DNA of 64,000 bases, taken from Camelus ferus (lineage: Eukaryota). Of the stretch, positions 1 through 12,980 are shown one piece after another. Made by a program: the position numbers and the translations under genes. Where the stretch lies: NCBI RefSeq assembly GCF_009834535.1, contig NC_045714.1, positions 42,408,001-42,472,000 on the forward strand, given 5' to 3'. Below the pieces are notes generated by a model, which was given only the letters and a program-made list of their open reading frames with translations, was not told where the DNA came from and searched no databases. How positions within the stretch are numbered: position 1 is the stretch's first letter; each line of letters begins with the position of its first letter.

Positions 1-1255
1 AAAGAACCAAATAAAAATTATAGAACTGAAAGACACAAAAACAGAAATAAAAACATGCTAGATGGGCTTAATAAGAGTAGAGATGACAGAGGATAGAATC
101 AATGAGCTTGAAGTAGGTCAAAAGAACTTATCCAATATGAACAAAAGAAAGAAGACAGATTGAAAGCAAAAGAACAGAGCTTCAGAAACTTGTGAGACAG
201 TAACAGAATATCCAATGTTCATATCATCAGAGTCCCAAAAGGAGAATAAAAAGAGAGGGGCTGAAAGAGTATTCAAAAAGATAATAGCTGAGAATTTCCC
301 AAACCTGGTGAAAGGCATAAACCTAAAGATTCAAGAAGCTGAGCAAACCTCAAATAGATAAACCCAAAGAAATCCATGACAAGATACATGATGATTAAAC
401 TTCTCATAAAAGAAGAAAAACCTTTGAAAGCAGAGAAAAACAACACATTGTCTATAAGGGAATACCAATTCAAATGATGAAAGATTTCTCATTTGAAACG
501 ATAGAGGCCAGAAGGAAGTAGCACAACATTCTCAATGCTAAAAGAAAAGAACTGTCAACCGTGAACTCTGTATGTGGGGAAACTATACCTCAAGATTGGA
601 GGGGAAAAGAGACATTCTCAGACTAAGAAAAACTGAAAGAAGGTGTCACTAGAAGACCTACCCTTAAAGAATGGCTAAAAGAAGTTATTCAAAAAGAAAG
701 GAAATGATGAAAGAAGAAATCTTGAAGCATCAGTAATAAAGAACAGAAAAAGAATATGTGTACACACAGTAGACTATCCTCCTCATGAGTTTTATATCAT
801 ATTTAACTGAAACAAAAATCATAATACCATCTGATGCTCAAGATAATTATATTTAAAAGGGGGGGTGGTTAAAGGGACCTAGATGGAAGTTAAGGTTTCC
901 TTGTTTCACTCAAAGTGGTGAAATGTTGATACCAGTAGACTATTATACGTCAAATATGTATATTGTAATACTCAGGGCAACTACTAAGAAAATGATACAA
1001 AGAGATACACTCAAAAACACTACATATAAGACAAAACCCTAAAAAATGTTCAAGTAACTCAGAGAAAGGCAAGAAAAGAGAAACAGGAAGCAAAACATAA
1101 TAAAATGGCAAATTAAAACCCTTAATATGTCAATAATTACCTTAAGTGAAAATAGTCTAAATATACCAATTAAAAAGTAGACATTGCAGAATGGATAAAA
1201 CCACAACCTAACTATATGCTGTTCACACAAAACTCACTTCAAATTCAATGAAATA
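1..1255 (+). mobile_element. Old L1 fragment (ORF1 3' part, inter-ORF, start of ORF2 endonuclease), degenerate
   Basis: gctgagaatttcccaaacct encodes the ORF1 ENFPN-type motif. A decayed ORF2 start follows (tcaataattaccttaagtg...aatggataaaa...atatgctgttcacacaaaactcac). Many stops and frameshifts. Confidence 0.85.
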
Positions 1256-1670
1256 AAAGTGCTGTCCATACAACAGATGGAATATCAATAGCTATTTTAA
1301 ATTATGCCTGTGAATAATTTCAATGACACAGGAAAATGCTTAGAATAGCACATTTTATAAGACATGATAATTAAATAAGTAAATACACAAATATTTTCAA
1401 AGCAAGAGATAAAATGTATATATAGCATGACTTCACACTGTATGTAAACAACTTATAAATAAATGCCTAAAAAGAATGCCTTTCAGGGTATAACTAACAG
1501 GAATCTCAATTCTCTTCATTATGCTTTCTTATATTTTTCAGATTTCTACCATAAGAATGCTTTTGCTTTTATAATCAGAAAACAAAAATTATTTTTTAAA
1601 AATTCTCTTCAATTAAATCAGTCTATTAAAGATAACTGCTATTGCCTGGGGAGGAGGAAGTAATATTTAC

Positions 1671-1792
1671 CATCAGTAGCCACCATTAACGTGAATCTTC
1701 TTACTGGCAAGTTGGTTGTCCCTCCCTTTCCTGCTCTCCAGAGGACCAGGGGTACAAGGCAGGAGTCCTAGAAGACTCAGAAAGGGTTCTCT
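1671..1792 (-). other. Candidate alternative 5' UTR exon (122 nt) of the minus-strand gene
   Basis: On the minus strand a long C/T tract is followed by aaaactcacag|AGAGAACCC. The end is GGCTACTGATG|gtaaat. No repeat is recognised here. The donor is only moderate and there is no transcript evidence. Confidence 0.3.
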
Positions 1793-2779
1793 CTGTGAGT
1801 TTTGGGCATAAGATCCAGGGAATGGGAGTAGGGAGTGGGAAAGGAGATGACAGATGGGGGAGGGGCCAGCGTGGATAGCAGAGCAGAACTGCTGGAAACT
1901 TGCCTCACTTTCAGTGGTCTCCAGAGTCACTGCCCAAGGTCTCCACAGGCCTGACCACTGAGCTGGTTCCCGTGTTTCCTCACTGCATCACCCAAGGCCA
2001 CAAGAGGATCATCCCACCATGCAGGGAGCCACAGTACAGAAGACTTAATTCTTCTATTTGATATTGCCAAGTCGGTATCAATTTCACACCCATATCTTCC
2101 TTTCTTTTCCAAAGTCTCTCCCTAACTTTATCCAGGAGCCGTGTGATAAGCTTCCTACTACAGCAGACCCAATCCTTCTTCTGGCATTTCAAGAAAACTC
2201 AAAGCAATCTTCAATTCTTCCTTACTCTTTATTTGTATATCCAAGCTATTATTATAAAGGAGATTCAAAATAGAATACAGAAGATAGCAGATAAAACAAT
2301 TTATAAGATTCTGTATTAGAGATTTATAATTCTTTTACCAAGGATTACTTCTACTCCTTCTTAATGCAACTAACAAATGAACCCTCTTAGAGTCAAAGTT
2401 GAGAGCTCTGGCCAAGACTCTTTCATGTAGAAGATGCCTCCTTGTTGTTGCTGCGGCCTGATTTCACCGTCAGCTGGCTCATTTCTAGACTTCCCAAGGT
2501 TATCACCAATTCTGGAAACACTGCCTTTTTATCTTACTGAGGACATGGAATTTCATCTCCAGGGCCATAAAGGATAACTCAAAGCCAACCTTGACTTTAC
2601 AGCACTTTGCAAACACTGTAGGACTATTTCAGTGCCTCCACCCTTACTATCTCCCATGATGTAAACTACAAACATGATGAGGTATTTTACAAATACCTGA
2701 GCACATATTATTGGAGACCATGCTAACTTTTAAAATAAGCTTTCTTTTTGTCTTGCTTTTTTGGGCTAGACTGGAAAAA

Positions 2780-2935
2780 GCATGGACTCTGGAGTCAAAG
2801 GGTGTCCCTATTACTTATTAGCCACATAACTTTGCAGCCTCTTCATCTACAAAATGGAAATAAGTATGCATACCTCTTGTGAGGATTAAGTAATATATTA
2901 CTTATAAAAGTGCCTGGCATGTCATAGGTGCTCTC
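2780..2935 (+). mobile_element. MIR SINE
   Basis: ggactctggagtc...ctcttcatctacaaaatgga...tgtgaggattaa...agtgcctggcat matches the MIR core and tail. Confidence 0.7.
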
Positions 2936-3079
2936 CTGGAGCCATTTAACATTCCTACCTTAGTTTCTTTTTTTCAACTACTTCTCATTTGTGATTTATG
3001 TTTCATATCTCTGTGGACCTAAATGAGTCACCTTAAATTCTTTTGAAACAAGAAAACATAAAAATACAACACAAAAATA

Positions 3080-3240
3080 GTAGACATTCCTCTGGGAGGT
3101 AGGGGTGGGCATTGACTGGGAAGGGACATGAGGTAACTTTCTGAGTAATGCTATCTTGGTAGGAGTTTGGGTTACACAGGTGTGTGCACTTATCAAAATT
3201 CAGCAAATGTACAGTTAAAATTTAACTATAATGAAATGCA
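3080..3240 (+). mobile_element. L1M 3' UTR end fragment
   Basis: gactgggaagggacatgagg...ggttacacaggtgtgtgcacttatcaaaattcagcaaatgtac is a typical L1M 3' terminus. Confidence 0.65.
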
Positions 3241-3809
3241 CAAATCTTACCTCAAAAGAAAAAAACTACAAACAAATAATGACCTGTACTTAGTGACATG
3301 TGTGCTGAGCACTGAGGGGGACGCATAAAAAATACAACGGGCAGACAGCTGGAGAGAAGGGTAGGAAGCACAGAGTGAAATGTTAACGGTCAAACCTGGT
3401 GGTGGGTGTACAGCTGCTCACTGTAAAATTCTTTCAACTTTGCAGTATGTTTGGGAAAGGCATATCCTATGGAAAAGATTGGAAGGCACTCAATACACAT
3501 TAGTTCTCTTCCCAAACCCTCTTCCAGTCTTTATTCACCCATTTGTTCATTTACCTGGAAACACTTCCAAGACACACCCTGTAGAATTGCCTAGCACAGC
3601 TGCCTAACCCTAGGCTCTCGGAATCTGTTTCCTCACCTATGGAATAATAATGGCATGTGCCTCATGGGGATTTCATCAGGGTCAGGACGATAAACACATA
3701 ACTCTTAGCTCAGTTCCTGCCAGGTAGCTGGTGCTTAATAAAAGCTGGCTATCATTATGCCAGTAAAATGGGCAGTACAGGGCATGGACATTTTCATGTT
3801 TTATTCCAG

Positions 3810-4050
3810 TATCAGGTAGTGGCTGGAAGCCCTGACTCCCAACTGATTGCCTGGGTTCAAATCCTAACTCTTCACATTGTCGCTTTGGACAAAATTCTTA
3901 ACCTTTCTATGCCTCAGTTTCCTCATCTGTGAAAAAGAGATAAGCATTTCTCTTTCTTAGGGTTATTATGACAATTCAACATGATAGTATACATAAAGTG
4001 CTTAGACAGTGGCTGGAACAGTGCAAGCACAATCAGTGTTAGCACACTCA
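3810..4050 (+). mobile_element. MIR SINE
   Basis: ctgggttcaaatcct...tgcctcagtttcctcatctgtgaaa...aaagtgcttagacagtg. Confidence 0.8.
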
Positions 4051-4059
4051 CTATGCTGG

Positions 4060-4460
4060 ATATTTAGAGAATATGAAGATGAATGTGTGAGTCCCTGACA
4101 CCTCAAGGAGCTGATAATCCAGGAGAGGAGAAAGCCATGTCAATAGAAGTATCACAAAGTGGTGGGTGATGTGTGCCAGAGGAGAAGTGATACCATGGGC
4201 TTGGGCCAACAGAAAAACAGACTGATAATAATGACTGAGGAAAACCAAAGAAGGCCTCAAGGGGGTGACATTTGATGATCTGGGACTCAAAGGCAGAGAA
4301 GGGGAAGAAAAGGTTGGTAATATGAAAGTACGCGTACAGAGAGCCTACTAGTGCTTAATAAAAGGTAGGTAGGGATGGGTTAAAAGAGTTGAGGCTGGAA
4401 AGAGATTGGGATCAGATGGCAGAAAGCTCTACTGATGAATGTAGACTTTGTTCTGCAAAA
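4060..4460 (-). mobile_element. L2 fragment
   Basis: Purine-rich L2 antisense pattern (gacctcaaggagctgataatcc..., gggggtgacatttga..., aatgtagactttgttctg). Confidence 0.6.
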
Positions 4461-6439
4461 GTACTTTGAAAAAGTGATGATCCATTTACATACTCCATGG
4501 GTTAGGAGGGGTGAGTTTTCAAAAATAATTGTTGACCACAAAAAAAAATCTTTATTTTTCTACCTGATAAATACTGCTCATCATTTATCCACTGCACTCT
4601 TTATATAGAATAACTCAAAATTTGTTACAATAACTATTTTACCAATTCAAGGCATCTCTCCTCAATAGGAAGGCCCAGAGCCTCTGGAGGAAGTGCCAGG
4701 GAAGAGCTTACTAACAAACAGTATTGTGGAATCGAGTTAGTTAGCACCATTCTAGTTGGTTCATTGCTTTGAGGTTCAATTTGGAACCTGACCCAAGAGA
4801 TTAAATTCAGGAAGGGAGAAAAGTCCATGCAGCAGCAGAGAAGGGCCGGTTCCCTCTGGACGCTGCCAGCTGGCCACGCTGCGCCTCCCAGAGCTCGCTC
4901 CGCCTTGGTAAACACATTTCTGATGGCCATGGGCACTGAGCAAACCCACTACGCCTGACAGAGAGTCTTCAACATCAGAGCCTGAGGAAGCAGCCAGGAG
5001 AGGGGGAAGGTTTAAGGATTAAAGGCACCAAATGCTGCTTCCAAATTATGTAAATTAAATATATGAAGGGCACATAAAAACACCTTTTCTTTTCAGCACT
5101 ATTGGAAAGAAATTAAAAGAACATAAAATACACATAATGAGGTTTTAAAAATTCTAGGATTAAATACAGGCAAACGTTTATCTTGGTGTAAACCAAGCCC
5201 TTTTAGTGGAGGCATCTTTGAGTGAGTTGGTGGGCTGGCTGGTTCAGGCCCAGCGGAACTGCCCCCGGCTCTGCGGGCTCCATGAGGGCAAGGAACATGA
5301 CTGTCTTACTCACTGCTGTGCTCTCGGGGCCTAAGTCAGTGCCTGGCCTGTAATCGGTGCTCACAAAATATTTGTTGATTGAATAAGTATTTGATCTAGT
5401 CCCCAGCTTTATAAGTTCAGAAATATGATGTATTTTTGGTTCACCGAGATTACTATAATTCTTAATTGGATAATTCTTAAATTGGTTTAATACCAACCAA
5501 ACTCAGCGGAGACACACTAGGTCCCAACACCACAGCCCACATTTTGGAGGGGCTATACTTCTTCAGGAGCCCCAGTGTTCCTGAAATTTACCCAGAACTG
5601 TCCTTTCCTAACATCAGGGCATCTGGGAAACAGAATCCCGAATCTGGTCGCTGCCTGAGGAACAAATTTAGAGCTTCTAAGAATGTTTTTGACCCACACA
5701 TGAAGCAAGCCCAGCTCTGCAGCAACCAGACTGTCAGCCCCAGGCCACTGTGGCATCTCACCTCCTGTGGACAGAGTGAAATGTACTCTGACAGAGTCCA
5801 ACCCTCCAAATCCTTCCCAGACTCCATGTCCCTTTGAGACATTCTTCATTTGAACACGTCATAAACCCCAGCTTTTAAGATTTTTTTTGTTTATAGGGCT
5901 TTAATTTGGCTTCTCCCTAATGACCAAAGAGGGTCTTTCATCTACATATACCTCCAGAGAATCAGTTGGGTCTGGGCAGCTCTGAATGGATGTGCACCAA
6001 TTTTCAAGTCATTTTGGCCTCAGCAACAAACACTGCACAGTATCTTCAGAGACCCCCAGGGGCTAAGTAATACGACCCATGACTCTGTTTAAGATTGGTT
6101 TGGATTTTTTTTTCCCCTTAAATGCAATGTCTTGCATTCTCTAATTTTCTATCCACTTGGCCTCATAAAATTTTCAGAAAAATCTCCCATCAGCATAGTT
6201 TTTTACTAATGTACACTTTAGAAAGGTCTAGGAAATTCGACGTATCTGGGATGAACCTAGAGGCAACACTGTGGAAGGCCATCATTAACATTTACCCACT
6301 CAGAGAAGGGAACTTAACTCTAAGCTTGCTTTCTTCTTCTTAAGCCAGTTTCTACCCAGGACCAAATAGTGTCTCCACTCCATGATGGCTTTTTACTTAA
6401 AAGAAAAATGAGATAGAGGGAAAACAGACAACTTTGACA

Positions 6440-7050
6440 TTTTAAATTTTGTGCTAATTTTAGAAAAGTTGCAAAAATAGTACAGAGAGTTTCCCTATAT
6501 CCTTGACCCAGCTTCCCCTAAACTTAAATAACCATAGTAACCGAACAGAACCAGGACATTAACACTGGCACAATACTATTACTAAATCAAAGATCTTATT
6601 CAAATTACACCAGTTTTTTTTTTTCCTACTAATGTCCTTTTTCTGTCCTAGGATCCTACCCAGGATCCCCATTGTGTGTAGTCACTATGTCTTAGTCCCC
6701 CAACAGTTCCTCAGTCTTTTCCTTGTTATTCATGCCCTTCACACTTTTCAAAAATATTAATCCATTACTTTGCTGAATGCCCCTTGATTTGGGTTTGCCT
6801 GATGTTTTCTCATGATTACACTGAGGTTGTACATTTTAACCACAGAAATGATGTTGTGTTCTTCTCGGGGTATTATGTCATGGGGTTCATGATGTTGCTG
6901 CCTCTTACCACTAGTGATGCTGACCATGACTGACCACTTGGCTAAGGTGGTTTCTCCACTGTCTAACTATAAAGGAAAGAAAAGACAGTAACTTTTCCTT
7001 CCTTTATAGTTAATAAGTATGTCGAAGAAGTTTATTTGAGACTATGCAAA
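6440..7050 (-). mobile_element. L1MC-type 3' end, antisense
   Basis: agaaaagttgcaaaaatagtacagagagtttccctatatccttgacccagcttcc and the downstream sequence match the L1MC 3' UTR reverse complement. Confidence 0.7.
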
Positions 7051-7288
7051 TTCTGACGAACATTTCTTAAGGGATTACTGGCTCCCTCATTTATAAGCCT
7101 GCTTGTTTTCCTTAAAAACTCCAAGAGATCAGTTGATATGTTTCTGTCACACAAGCACTTTGTTATTACTTTTTTGATTTTTGATTGTTCAATGAAGTTT
7201 ATTTTTCTTCTACTTATAAAAATAGCACATCTTCATTGTCAAAAAAAAATATGGAGTGTTCATAACCACACCATCAGAGTTTGGTACT

Positions 7289-7656
7289 TGTTATGGGCTG
7301 AATGTTTGTGGCCACTCCACCCTGAAACTCACTGAATTTCTAACCCCCTGTGTGATAGTATTAGGACATTGGGTCTTTGGGAGACAATGAGGTCCTCACA
7401 GTGGAACTCTCATCTCATGAATGGGATCAGTGCCCTTATAAAAAGAACCCTAGAGAGCTCTCTCACCCCTCTCCACCAAATGAGGATACAACAGGAAAAA
7501 TGCCATCTGCAGCCTAGGATAGGGCCCTTACCAGAACCTGACCACGCTGGTACCCTGATCTCAGCGTCCAGCCTCTAGAACAGTGAGAAATAAATATCTG
7601 TTGTTTATAAGCCACCTAGTCTATGGTATTTTGTTACAGCAGCCTAAGCTAAGACA
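7289..7656 (+). mobile_element. MaLR solo LTR (MLT1A-like)
   Basis: TG...CA ends (tgttatgggctgaatg ... gcagcctaagctaagaca), aataaat poly(A) signal, and a degenerate 5-bp TSD gtact (7284-7288) / gcact (7657-7661). Confidence 0.9.
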
Positions 7657-7974
7657 GCACTATAGATAGTTCGGCCAGCATCTGTTATTTACTGATGGGA
7701 TGGGCAAAATTAAGTAAGATTCTTTTTGGAAGAACTATACAGTAAGCTAGAAGTAATTTTATGGCCTGCATTTAATGGAAATTAACTGAACACTGCCACA
7801 GGGAAGGTGAGGTCACACAGTGGACATCTGAAACTCCAGATGCCAAATCTGGACCAAGGTTAAAAGTGTTCACCGCCAAACTCCTTAACAACTTGAAGGA
7901 ATGCTACGTGGTTCCCAGGATTTGCCTATTTCTGGTTTATTGCTACGTTCCCCGAGAACAATGACAACAACAAG

Positions 7975-8190
7975 AAGAGCTAACAGTGGTGGAATACATG
8001 ACGTTCACTGGACACTGTTCACTCCAAGTTCCTTGAAGGCACTAGTTCATTTAACTCTCATCACAGCCCTTGCTAGTAGGTATTGTTACTGCCTCCAGTT
8101 TACAGATGAGGACAAAGAGGCACAAAGAAGTTACAAAAAGTAACTTGCTCAAGGTCCCTCAGCTACAAGATTTGAACCCAGGCAAGCTTT
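7975..8190 (-). mobile_element. MIR SINE
   Basis: ccagtttacagatgaggacaaagaggcaca...taacttgctcaaggtc...gatttgaacccaggc. Confidence 0.75.
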
Positions 8191-8570
8191 GTTCTGGAAC
8201 GTGTGCTCAAGCTCTCCTGTTGTTAGAGAATGCAAGAACAAATTATCATCCGGATGAGAGACACAGTCTGTGAATTTGAGTTCTGGAGGAAGCTGAATGG
8301 AAAAAAAGACTAAAATAACAAGAAAACCACTTCCAGAAAGGAAAGACCTGAGAGTAGAAATGACAAGGGGCTCTCAGGATGCCACACATAATTAGCAATC
8401 AAAGAGGGTCACTAAGACAACAGCCTGGAAACATATGACAACAAGGTGAAAAGAACTCCAAGTAAACAAGGTAAACAAGCAGGTTATGTGAAAGGGAATC
8501 CAGCAGTTACATTTTGTTTGGTAAGTTTTAAATTTTATTTATTTATTTTTTAATTAAAAGTTTTAAAAAA

Positions 8571-8697
8571 CTTTTTTTAGGGGAAGGTAATTAGGTTTAT
8601 TGATTGATTGATTGGTTTTTAATGGAGGTACTGGGGATTGAACCCAGGACCTTGTGTATGCTAAGCACACACTTTACCACTGAGCTATGCCCTCCCC
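8571..8697 (-). mobile_element. Young tRNA-derived SINE (camelid Vic-1 type)
   Basis: Reverse complement ggggagggcatagctcagtggtaaagtgtgtgcttagcatacacaaggtcctgggttcaatccccagtacctccattaaaaaccaatcaatcaat...; A box, B box and A-rich tail are present. Confidence 0.9.
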
Positions 8698-9409
8698 CTT
8701 GACAGAGTTACTCTGACTTTTTTCTTTTTTTTAAAGTAACAGAAGCCTAGAGACAAAGCAATCTAAGACTTCAATGTAAAAAAGATGAGTGAATCAGAAT
8801 ACCTCAAGTTGTCATCTGTAAACAAACAAAATGATGCCACCCCCAGACCAGACGCTTGTCAGTCCTACACCAACAAGTCTCTCCCAGAGCCATAGTCAGC
8901 AGCGCTGTCTGCACTTCCTCAGCTCCTTCTGACTCCAGGGTGAGCTGACTGCCATACTCCGTGGACCGAGCGTGCTGGGATCACTATCAGTTTCCTAACT
9001 GAGAACACCAGGGACTTAGCTTCTCCTTATCCCACTGGATCTCTGGGTGAATGGCCACAGCTGGCCACTACCCCTTGCAGGACATCATCTCTTTCACACC
9101 ATTCTGCTCTGCTCCTCCCCTACCTCTTCCTCTAGCATCTGCTTGGCATTCAGGCCTGGTTTGCAATCCCACTTACTAGCTGAGTAACAATGCCTTGGAG
9201 CCTTAGTTTCCTGGCCCACAAAGTAGGGTAGTAATAATTTCCATACACAGGGCTATTAAGAAGATAAAGCCATCTGAAAAAGCTCTCACCTCCCCATGCT
9301 GGACATGTATTACACTGCTCAGGACAATTTTGAGTTCCTGAACATAAAGACTGGTCTTTACTAAGAGGCCAACATAAGCCCTTTTTTCCTGTCTACATGC
9401 TCTACCGAG

Positions 9410-10400
9410 GTGAACTCTATATCTATTCTATGGCTTTGACCTCCTCCTTGGAGCAAGTACATCTCACAATCTTTACCTCTGGCCCCTACATCTCAGCTGA
9501 GTTTCTGACCCACATTTCCCATTGCTCCTAGCTATGTTTTCCTAGACCTTTTGACGGTTTTTTAAATTCAGAAAGTCCTAAAATTCTCTGTCTCTCTTTA
9601 AAGTAGTCTTTGCAACCCCATCCACAACCTTTACCCCACTACACAAGGTAGTCAATATTTCCACTGCCTATTATTACCTTTCCTAAAACAGACAAACAAG
9701 AAAACCCTCTAAGTCACCCTCTAATTCCCAATCTCACCAGAGTCAGGCGCTAGTATTTTTAGATTCTGTCTCTAAACATCTCATCTTCTCCATCACCACT
9801 GCTGCCACCTTGTTCAAGTTCTCATCATCTTTCACCTGGATGACTGCCACAGCTGCTTAACTGATTTCACCCAGAGTCCGTGCTTCACACAATAGCCAGA
9901 GTTGTCTTCCTGAAGACAAACTTTAACACAGTGATCTCCTGCTTTAAAACCTCTGTGGTACAGCCCATGGATACAAACTAAAACTTGTTGGCCAAGCATG
10001 CCAGGTGCTTCACAATCTGGACCCCACATCCCTTTGTCCAGTCTCATTTCCAGCCACTTGGGTACTTTCAGATTTTGATGAACTTGGGCAATAACTTGGG
10101 TACCTTCAGGCTTTTGCCAATTCATTTATTCTCTACCCCACAAAGCCGTACTGGCACAGTAACACTCAGCTTCCAAGCCACCTGCACTGACGCACTAAAC
10201 ACCATTCCCTCCCTCTCTGCGTCTCCAGCACATCTGACACATCACATCTTTTGCCATTGTTGGCCTGCATGCATGCCACCTCCTCAACCTGAAGGGGACC
10301 ATAAAGGCAAGGACAGACCTGCCTTTACCTCTGTATGTCCCACATCTAGCTCAGTGTCTGTCCAGCTCAGTAAGGTCTCAGTGATTGTTAACTAACTTGA
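9410..10400 (+). mobile_element. L2 3' region
   Basis: Pyrimidine-rich L2 pattern (catctcagctgagtttctgacccacattt..., ctctgtggtacagccc..., gacctgcctttacctctgtatgtccc...cagtaaggtctcagtga). Confidence 0.7.
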
Positions 10401-10689
10401 TCAAAGAGAGCAAAATACTTGAGTACCAGGCTGAAGTCCAGAAGAATGAATGTATCCCATGGAACAAATATAAAACATGAAGGGTAAAAATAATGGGTTC
10501 AGACAAGGAATAGGAAGAGGGGATGACAAAATGGGGAGAAACTGTATTTCCTTATAATAAGGAAGGAAAGGAAAGTTCCTGCTTTTGCCTTGATGATAGT
10601 AAATAGAGGAACAAATGTTATTTTTAGTACTAGGAAAACTATTCACTTTTAATTTTGTTTTAAAGTTAAAAAGAAGGAAAGAACATTTC

Positions 10690-11880
10690 ATAAAACAGAG
10701 GTATAACAGAAAAGAGACAACTAATCAATATATAAATTAAGAGACAAATTATCCGTAGAAAACATAACAAATGCAATAGCACCCATAAATTAAAGAAGCT
10801 AAGTTCACACATAAGTTATGGAATCTTCAAGCTTGGCTGAACAGAAAAAATCCAACAATATTCTGCTTACAGAGATAAGCTCTGAAATAACAATGATGAA
10901 ATTAGAAAATATAACAAAGTCACTACACAAGAAATCTATAGACTATGAAAAAAAGAATAGAGGACAGGCATTGCTTTAAGTATTGTCAAAAAGCAAAAAT
11001 AAAAACTAAAAATGCAACCCATAATCTTGAGAAACAAACAACCAAAAGGTAAAAATAAAACAAAATGGGAAGAACTTTTCTTAAAAAGAAAAGAAGTAGG
11101 TATTTTGAAAGCAAAACCAAAGTACTTTGGAAGGACCCACAAGAAGCTCGCAGGAGGTGCTGCCCACGAAAGAGGACTGGGAGGGAGGAGGACGCTGAGT
11201 TTCACTGCCTCCTCCTGTGCTTCTAAAGTTTTATATTTCAACTAAAAGTTCTGAGAAGAGACTAAAAGTGATATTAGTACTAAATTTAGTTACAAAAAAG
11301 AACAAATGCATGAAACTGGACATAAAAAACTGGACATACAGGACATAAAAAAGCAATAAATAGGGAAATACTATGTATGTGTTAATAAATTTGGATAAAG
11401 CTAAAAAGATGGATTTTCCATTAAAAACAGAATTCTAACATTGGCAAAAATGAAATACTTAACTAGACCAACACCTTGAAAAAATAAATAACTATACCTC
11501 CATCCCTAGAAGCAACTAGGCTCTGATGGTTTGTTAGTTGATCATTTCAAACTCTCCAGAAACAAACAACTCATAGAAATCATGCCTAAAATAGGTCAAG
11601 ATATAGGTTATCTAGTTTACTGTACTAACCTGATCCTAAAACTGACTAAAGAAAATGAAGAGAGAAAAACTACAGATGAAGCTTACTTAAAATTTAGGCT
11701 CAAAAATTTAAAAGAAAATAATAGTAAATAGAACCTAGGAATAGGTTAAATTTTTAAATTGTGTCATGTCAGCAAATACCAAAGTGTCATTTGTTAAACT
11801 CCAACAGCTATTCTTAATTTTAAAATTCTAAAACTAGTAATAAAGATATACTTTCTTACCCTTTTTAGAGTATCTATTTA
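10690..11880 (+). mobile_element. Very old L1 ORF2 remnant
   Basis: A-rich decayed ORF2 motifs (aatattctgcttacagagata, aggctctgatggtttgttagttgatcatttcaaac, taacctgatcctaaaactgac). Confidence 0.6.
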
Positions 11881-11939
11881 AAACCAAATATCAACAATAC
11901 ACTTTGAGGAAGAAATGAGACAGGCAGTCAATAAAAATA

Positions 11940-12575
11940 GGTACACATATGATCCAGCAATCCCACTCCTGGGCATATATCCAGAGAAGACCCTAATTTG
12001 AAAACATACAGGCACCCCCGTGTTCACGGCAGCACTATGTATAATAGCCCAGACATGGAACAATCCAAATGTCCATCAACTGACGAATGGATAAAGAAGA
12101 TGTGGTATATATATATACAATGGAATACTTAGTCATAAGAAAGAATAAAATAATGCCATTTGCAGTAACATGGGTGGACTTACAGATTATCAGACTAAGT
12201 GAAGTCAGAAAACCAAAGACAAATACCATACAGTATCACTTATATGTGGAATCTAAAATATGATACAAGTGAATTTATTTACAAAACAGAACTTGCAGAC
12301 ATAGAAAACAAACTTATAGTTACCAGAGGGGAAAGGGGGAAGGGGAGGGATATATTAGGAGTTTGAGATTAGCAGATACAAACTACTATACATAAAACAG
12401 ATAAACAAAAAGGCCCTACTGTATAACATAGAAAACCATATTCAATATCCTGTAATAAACCATAACAGAAAAGAAATAAAAAAAGAATATATATGTATAA
12501 CTGAATCACTCTGCTGTACACCAGAAACTAACACAACATTGTAAATCAACTATACTTCAATTAAAAAACGAAAAA
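11940..12575 (+). mobile_element. Younger 5'-truncated L1 (ORF2 C-terminus + 3' UTR + A tail) nested in older L1
   Basis: gatccagcaatcccactcctgggcatatatccagagaa ... gtaaatcaactatacttcaattaaaaaa. Confidence 0.9.
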
Positions 12576-12811
12576 AGGCACAAAATGAAGCAGCATTTTA
12601 TCATCACTGTTAATTAACACAGTGTCAGAAGTGCTTCTAATACAAAGCTACATGAAAACAAATGAGAAATACAAATATAGTAAAAGGCAGAGGCAAAATT
12701 TTTCTACATACATACCATTATATATTTATAAACCCAAAAGAATCACTTAAATGGTTATGATTAGTTTAAAGCAACAAAAGTCATCACCAATATAGAAAAG
12801 TCAATAGTATT

Positions 12812-12980
12812 TCTAGTCCTCACATTTGACCACACATGAAAATCACTCAGGCAGCTTTTTAAAATGCCAATGCTTACACCTCACCCCAGACAAATTGCCT
12901 CAGAATCTTTGGGGGTGGGACCAGACATTAGTGATTTACAAAGCATCTAAAGTGATTCTAATGTGCAGCTAAGTCGAGAG
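12812..12980. mobile_element. MER5A hAT MITE
   Basis: aatcactcaggcagctttttaaaatgccaatgctt...cagaatctttgggggtgggacc...gtgattctaatgtgcagctaagtcgagagacca. Confidence 0.75.

Noticed and set aside
8616-8697. tRNA-like sequence (also 22811-22891)
   Set aside because: A and B boxes are present, but there is no complete cloverleaf and there are SINE tails, so these are SINEs, not tRNA genes.
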